Below are positions 56,931 through 64,000 of a DNA stretch of 64,000 nucleotides, one piece after another. This DNA comes from the human T2T-CHM13v2.0 reference genome, Homo sapiens. Every line of letters begins with the position of its first letter. Position 1 is the stretch's first letter. Location of the stretch: NCBI RefSeq assembly GCF_009914755.1, contig NC_060932.1; one strand, given 5' to 3'. The notes below the pieces were generated by a model that did no database searches, was not told the origin of the DNA, and saw nothing but the letters and a program-made list of their open reading frames with translations. A program made the translations under genes and the position numbers.

Positions 56931-57636
56931 AATCCAAGGTGTCAGCTGGCCCGGATTCTTATGTGGAACTCAGGGGGATAATCCACTTCCATGCTTATTA
57001 ATGTTGGCAGAATTGTGTTCCACCCAGCCATAGCAGGGAGATTCCCTTGTCTGTCAGAGGGACATTGTTCTCAGGTTCTGAAACCACTCATATTCCTTGG
57101 CTTATAAACCACTTCATCCAGACTCAAAGCCAGCAATGGAATGAGAAGTCAAATCTCTCTGACCTCATCCACCCCGCCTCTCCCTCTGCATTTCTGTTAT
57201 GCTTGCCGCCACAGAAAGTTTTAGGGGTTTTTTGTTTTGTTCTGTTTTTTTGAGACGGAGTCTCACTCTGTCACCCAGGCTGGAGTGCAGTGACGCGATC
57301 TCGGCTCACTGCAACCCTCCGCCTCCCGGATTCAAGCAATTCCCCTGCCTCAGCCTCTCGAGTAGCTGGGAAAACAGGCGCATGCCGCCACGCCCGGCTA
57401 ATTTTTTGTATTTTAGTAGAGACAGGGTCTCACCATATTGCCCAGACTGGTCAAGTTCTCGGTTTCTAAAGACTCATGTGATGAGGCTGGATCCACCCAG
57501 ATAATCCAGGATAGTCTGTTTATCTTACAGTTTGTAACCTTAGTATGAAATCCCTTTGTCAATGCTGTATAGCATTCACAAGTTCCAAGGGATAGAGGGT
57601 AAATATTTTGGGGAGGCCATTCTTCTGCCTATCACA
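56931..57636 (-). mobile_element. MaLR LTR MLT1D/E-like, split by an Alu
   Basis: CAAAGCCAGCAATGG...CCACCCAGATAATCCAGGAT...GGCCATTCTTCTGCCTATCACA. Confidence 0.85.
57228..57452 (-). mobile_element. 5'-truncated AluS, CpG-rich
   Basis: Right arm, linker and part of the left arm. Confidence 0.93.
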
Positions 57637-57679
57637 TCTTCCTTCAGTTGCTTCAGTCACAATCAAATTCTCATGTTCA

Positions 57680-60170
57680 TTAGACTGGATCTATCCTAAT
57701 AAAGTCGAAATCTCTCCCTCCTTCTCCTTGGAAATTCCATTGTGCCATCTGGTTTTTCTGGTGAGATATTTTCAATAGGCCCCATTGACTCGAAATTTTT
57801 CCTGAGTGACTTCTATATTCTCTTGCCTTAAGTGAATATGGCTATCACCTGAGTAAACTGCTGCTTCTGCTATGTTCTTGGAGGAGTCAATTTATTTTTG
57901 CCCATGTAAAAGCACCCCTGGCCAAAATGTAATGTCAGGCTACCTACCTCCATATTGCCAATTACAAGCCACTTTCCCTCCCTTTCTCCCTCTTATGGCA
58001 TTTGAAGCCCATGATATAAACCACACATCCATTATCTCTGTTTTTAAAATAATCTACCATTATCTTGATCACTTTTCTTCAGTCATTGAAGATATCAGCA
58101 CCTGGATTACGACCATCTCTTCATTATTATTTCTAACATAAAAATTAGATATCCACACAGATAAACCAAGCAACATATTGGACTCTCAGTCTTGAATTCC
58201 TTTCTCTTCATGATCTTGTCGCGCACCCTCTTTCAACTCTTCAACTCCCAAATTGTATGCTTTTGTTCTTTTTCTTTCTTTCTTTCTTTTTTTTTTTTTT
58301 TTTTTTTTTGAGACACAGTCTCACCCTTTCACCCAGGCTGGAGTAAAGTGCTGCAATCTCGGCTCACTGCAACCTCTGCCCCCTGGGCTCAAGGGATTCT
58401 CCTGCCTCAGCCTTCTGAGTAGCTGAGATTACAGGCACCCACTACCATGCCTAGCTAATTTTTTTTTGTAATTTTTGTGGTGACAGGGGATTTCCATATT
58501 GGCTAGACTGGTCTTGAACTCCTGACCTTAGGTGATCTGCCCACCTCAGCCTTCCAAAGTGCTGGGATTACAGGCATGAGCCACCGGGCCTGGCCCCAAA
58601 TTGTATGCTTTTTCAGTTAGCAATAACTGTACAATGCTCAATGTCAAACATCCCTCTTCTTGACCACCAGCTCATATCTCTCCATTTTACTCCCTGTGTT
58701 ATCCCAATCCAGCGATGCATTGACTCTGATGACATCTATAACGGATGAGCACCTCTTGTGTTCAACTGATTATTACCCTTCTCATGCTCTCAGTCTTCCT
58801 TTTTCTTCACTTAGCTTCCATGTTCTGTTATCCCTTACATGTGCCCTCACCATTGTTACTCCACTTCCCACCATGGTGTTCATCTGGTAAAATTCTAGTC
58901 ATGGCTCAATCTATCTATTCTCAGCCTATACTTGAAGCAGAGAAAAATTTTGCAAGAGAAATGATACTTGCTGCTGATTTAATTTTCAACAAAATTTAAG
59001 AGTGATCTCAATGCTCCCAAGTAATTAAATACTTTTTTGTATTCAGTTCATTCTCTCAATCACCGAAGTGACTGCATCTCATCTCTCTCTAAAGTTCAAC
59101 AATCTCTCCTCTTCCTCAATCTAAGTACCCACAATGATTTTTGTTTTACTGAGAAAATAGAAGCATGTAGAAGAAAACTTCTACATATGCCTCCTAAGAA
59201 ATCTGCCAAAATACATTCTTCTGTACCAAAAATTTTGTTTTCCATCATGTTATAATGTATAAACTATTCTTGCTTTAATCTAGGTCTAACATCTTTCCCT
59301 TTCTTGAATCTACTCACACATTATAAAGGTCCAGTTTTTTTTGCAGTTATATTCTTTCTTTTGTTCATCATCATTTTTTTCTGTCCGTCTCTACTGGATA
59401 ATTTTCATCAGCACATCAACATACCACTGTACATTTAAACATACATGTTCCTCTTTAAACCATATTTAACTGTTTCATTTTACTACTCCTCATTACAGTG
59501 AAACTGCTCAAGAGTTCTCTGCATCTTCTGTATCTAATTTATTTTCTCTCATTATAAGTTGAAACCTTCTAATCAGGTTTTGGCCCCTGACTTCACCCCC
59601 AAAACCAGCATCAATAAAGTCATAAGTTATATAGGCACTGAAAAATTTATAACAATTTTAAAGTTTACATCTTGGTTAGTCTGTGTCATTTGACGTAGTT
59701 GTTCAATTTATGCTTCCTGAAAAATGTCTACACCTTCGCTTCTGGAACATCTCTTGTGTCTCCTAATTCGCAAGCACGTCATTCTCAGATTTATTGGACA
59801 ACTTTCCTTTCCATCTCAACCTCTAAATGTTTGAGTGTCCCAGGGTTCACTTCTCATCAATCTTTATTTCTGTGTCTGCATTCATTTAATAAGTGATCTC
59901 ACTCAGCCTGATGGTCATAAGTATCCATCTGCCTGAGGATGATTCAAAAGTGTATATTTCTGTCCATCCTGCTTCTCTGAACTCAATGTTCTTTTGTACA
60001 AGCACCTATTCAACAATTCCACTTGGAAGTAAAATAAATAACTTAAATTGTTCAGGTCTAAAAATGAACTTTTGTTTCCCCTAGCATGTACACATTGCTT
60101 CCCTCTGTATTTCCATAACAATAAATGTTACTTTTATTCCTTCAGATGCTCAGACACAAGTCTTTGAATT
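57680..60170 (+). mobile_element. Long degenerate L2 body, split by an Alu
   Basis: TTTTACTGAGAAAATAGAAGC, TCCATCTCAACCTCTAAATGTTTGAGTGTCCCAGGG and GATGATTCAAAAGTGTATATTTC in order. Confidence 0.7.
58265..58595 (-). mobile_element. AluSx-like
   Basis: Perfect TSD CCAAATTGTATGCTTTT at 58248-58264 and 58596-58612. Confidence 0.96.
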
Positions 60171-60984
60171 AATTATTTTTGAGAACCCCTGTGGTGTGAG
60201 TCTCACAGTGTGAAAAGAAGGAATTAGCTATTGTACCTGTATTACTAAATGTTTTTGCATTCTTTAGTCTTCTTCAACCCAAGTCAATTCTGAACATGTT
60301 TTAGATTAGACTTCTAAATTCACAATCTTCAGAAATTCAATGGTTCTCTCTTACCTAGAGAAGGAAACGCCAGATTTTAAAATACTCATTCAAGGTTACT
60401 TGAATGAGTAACCTTACTCCAATCTTCCCTGTAAATTTCATCTCTACATTTTATGAACCTTCTATTTCTACCAAATATTCACACATGCATGCTTTCAACT
60501 CTTTTGATATTCTGCCCTGTTTTTTCTTTTCTCCCTTACAATGCCATCTTTTGAAATCTCTACCAATAATACTCTTAGTTTTTCTTATAAATATATGCTT
60601 TAAGTCCCAGCTACTACCATTTATTCTCTGTTAAAACTCTTCAGGTGTCTTCTGGTTTCCAAAGACGTGATTTTCTTCCTCTGAGCTTCTCCAAAGTTCA
60701 TTCTGCATAATATTCATAAAGTACATAATGTATTATATCACTTATATACATATTTACATTTTTTAATTAAAATTGCCTAAATACTTGCAGGTGAAATTGT
60801 GACTAATAATTATCTGAATGTCTTGCAGTGCCTAGCACAGTACATTTACATCTATTTGATAACAAATAAATGCTTTTAAAATTTGAATTGGTCTTAGATA
60901 TAAATTTAATCTCTAAAAAATAAAATTTTACTCTCATAAATAGCACAATTATTCTAAGATTGAGGATAAAAAAATATTAACTAG

Positions 60985-61980
60985 AGTACAGTCAGAACAA
61001 ACAAACCACACCAATTATTTTAGCAGAGATAATTTAAAATAAAGAATTGTTGGGGCGAGCATGGAGGCTCATGCCTGTAATCCCAACACTTTGGGAGGCT
61101 GAGGCTAGCAAATCACTTGAGCCCAGGAGTTCGAGACCAGCCTAGGCAACATAGGGAGATCCTGTTTCTGCAAAAAAATTAGCCAGGATGGTGGCACATG
61201 CCTGTAGCTCCAGTTATTTGAGAGGCTAAGGTGGGGGGATCTTTGAGCCCTGGCAGTGAAGGTTGCAGTGAGCAGTGATTTTTGCCACTGCACTCCAGCC
61301 TAGGTGATGGAGCGAGACTCAGTCTCAAAAAAAAAAAAAAAAAGTTGAGTAGTTATTAAAAATGTGAAAATTCAAAGAAGTACACTAAGCTATCACACAA
61401 TTATCAACTACAGGAAGCAGGTACAATCCTTAGTACTAGAGTACTAGAGTAAAGGGGGAGAGATTAAGATTATTAAAATTATTAGACATTTCGCAGAAGA
61501 TTTCTGGAGCTACAACACAGAACTTGAAGGAGTAGGCATTGCTCAGTGAATGACGGTGTCTCTTAGCTCATTGAAAAGCCACATGGTGATGGGCAATAGA
61601 CCTACTGAAGGGACTTTCAACTGGCTGCTACTGACTTGTGTGAGGGGCCTAGATGAAGCTGGTGCTACAAGTATTGTGGAAAACTGCATACTAGAATTAA
61701 TTGCTGCTACAATTACCGCTGCTGGAGGGAAGAAGTATTGCTGAAATGACACTAGAAAAAATTGAAGGCCAAAAAAAAGAGGAAAAGGTAATGAATGGGA
61801 AGGAGTGTATTTTCCCTCCTCCTGCTTTTGAATTTCTTTCTAGTGTTCCTTATTGGCAGGGCCTGAAGAGAGCAGATGCAAAAACTGAAATGTGGTTGGC
61901 AGAGTCCTGGCCCCAGAATTACAAAGCAGAATATAGAAGAGTGAATTTGAAACAGAAATAGCAGCTTAATTCCTGGCACA
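60985..61980 (-). mobile_element. Ancient LTR (LTR41/LTR78/LTR79-like), split by AluJ
   Basis: AAACCACACCAATTATTT...AAAGAATTGTT; ends GCAGAGTCCTGGCCCCAG...GCAGAATATAGAAGAGTG...CTGGCACA. Confidence 0.6.
61052..61343 (+). mobile_element. AluJb-like
   Basis: CACTTGAGCCCAGGAGTTCGAGACCAGCCTAGGCAACATAG plus A tail. Confidence 0.93.
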
Positions 61981-63229
61981 CACAGACACCCCTTAACTCC
62001 AAATGCTGATTGCTCCCTTACAAACTACAGAGTCAAAGACGTAAAATGAGCAAAAGAAAATTACTTAAAATAGATGAATATCTTGTTGTGATGTTTAGTG
62101 ATGTTTCAAAAATATCCCTGTTTTATTGCAACACCATGATGTATATACTAGGGTGAACGGGTTAAAAAAAAAAAAACACTGATGTTTTAAAAAATTCTTT
62201 GAAATTTTAAAGTGAAGTTTAATAAACAATCTTAGAGGTTTTTCCTTGAATCTTTGGCTTGCCAATCGGTAATTCAACAGGTTTTACATTTTCATGGGTT
62301 TTTATTTATTTTGCATTTAAGAAATTCTTGATTATTTTATAGTATTCTATTACTTTGCTGCTAATGTATTCTCAAGTGTTTACTGCAGCTATCCTTTGGA
62401 ATATTTTCTTATACAACTGATCTACCCAAGAGGAACAAGTGTATTACAACAAATCCCTCTGAGGCTTGCTCAGAAATCCTCTGGTCAAAAGGAAGATATA
62501 CGCACTAGACTGTATTTCTTCTAAACTGAATTCCTAAGACTTGTCTGTCAGGTCTGGGGAATTGTGTTAGCTGCCACTACTAAGTCAGGAAGACTTGCAA
62601 ACCAAGGAACAAAGGATCCTATTAAATAAAAAAAATTTATATTGTGACTTATATTCTCTACTCCAGTTCAAGTTTATCAGGGAAATGTCATGTTGTAGCT
62701 GAATTAATACTGATCAAGCTCAATTTGCATATAATTTGGCTTTCGAGAAGAGATGGAGAGGAAGAGAGTGAGAAGCATAATATTTTATTAAATCAGGTAT
62801 ACTTGCTTTCCTTATATTGTTTCAAATGGAAAAACTTTATTTAATAGGAAAGCATTTTGTATCATCCAAATCTCTTGCCACCATGGTAGACGATCCCAGA
62901 TGAAGGGGTTTGCACAGTAGTGTAAGTCTATCATGATTGGCACTGATGAAATTCTCAGTGCTTAGCAAGAATATGTGATATAAGAAATTATTCATTCAAA
63001 CATCAAATATTAGTGGAATGTCTACTATTTATGAATCATTGAATCCAGTAATTTAAAGCATTTTTTCCTAATCCAAAAAGGAAAAAGCTTTCTCTTTCTT
63101 TCTCATTCCATATAGCCTTCTGACTTTGATTCATATTAAGAATATATACCTAGATATAATACTAAGAATTTCAATTGAGAGATCAGTCTTATCTAAGCAA
63201 CTGACTTTGATTTGTTCTGAGGTTCATAA

Positions 63230-64000
63230 AACCCACTCCAGTTTCTTCAATATTTAGTTACATGGTCTGCTACTCACACAAAATAGAATTTCCTTTGCTT
63301 ACCTCCTTTGCAACCATATGTGACCATTTGACTAATTCTGGGCAATGAGTTGTAAGCAGAAATGTTGTGAAAGGCTTCTGGGTAATCTTAAATGGAGCTG
63401 AATTGTCTAGAAGAACATTTCTGTTTGTTTGTTTTGTTTTGTTTCCATTTCCTTTTCTTCTTCTTCCAGCCTGAAACTCAGAGCTCCACCAGCTATTTTA
63501 TTTTTATTTTTGTTTTTTTGAGACAGAGTCTTGCTCTGTCACCCAGGCTAGAGTGCAGTGGCACCACCACAACTCAGTACAGCCTGGAGCTCCTGAGCTC
63601 GAGCAGTCTTCTTTCCTCAGCCTCCTAAGCAGCTGAGACCACAGGTGCATACCACCAAGCTGTTTTTTTGTTTTGCTTTGTTTTGTTTTTTATACAGACA
63701 GGAGTCTTTCTATGTTGACCAAGCTGGTCTCAAACTTCTGGCCTCAAGCAATCCTCCCACCTCAGCTTCCCAAAGTGTTGGGATTACAGTCATGAACCAT
63801 CATTCCTGGCACACTAGCCATCTTAGACTTTGAACGTGAACTTGAAGAACAAGTCTAGTGCTAGAAAGATGAAATAATCATGGAGTCACTGTAGTAATCT
63901 TGCAGTGACTGTCCTGTAATCTGCTTTACGTGACAAGAAAAAATCAAACTATATTTTATATGAATCACTGTAATACAGATTTTTCTCACATGCAATTGAA
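63230..64000 (+). mobile_element. LTR33-like ERVL LTR, split by AluJ
   Basis: TGACTAATTCTGGGCAATGAGTTGTAAGCAGAAATGTTG...GAGCTCCACCAGC [Alu] GCCATCTTAGAC. Confidence 0.7.
63496..63810 (-). mobile_element. AluJ
   Basis: Reverse Alu; degenerate TSD CAC(C/T)AGC(T/C)AT. Confidence 0.9.

Noticed and set aside
61838-61860. CTCF-like TAGTGTTCCTTATTGGCAG in an old LTR
   Set aside because: The core GCCCCCT positions are degraded, so binding is unlikely.

Overview
Primate (human-like) AT-rich non-coding genomic DNA, intergenic or deep intronic. I find no credible protein-coding exon, RNA gene, CpG island or prokaryotic system. The listed ORFs are short and mostly fall inside Alu, L1 or LTR repeats or low-complexity sequence. 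Much of the window is interspersed repeats: 17 Alus or Alu fragments (many with visible target-site duplications, TSDs), L1 and L2 fragments, MIRs, ERV1/MaLR/ERVL solo LTRs and DNA transposon fossils (MER63A, MER44A, MER5, MER6). Repeat subfamily names come from recalled consensus sequences, not from a RepeatMasker run. The most unusual directly visible structures are: (1) a 44-bp templated copy of unique DNA pasted into an Alu monomer about 0.8 kb downstream; (2) a left-arm-only young Alu with a perfect 18-bp TSD; (3) a ~250-bp AT-rich imperfect palindrome; (4) an old ~120-bp local duplication; and (5) several repeat-free, motif-dense candidate regulatory elements (about 7.1, 33.2, 41.1 and 47.0 kb). 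No novel biological system is demonstrable from the sequence alone.
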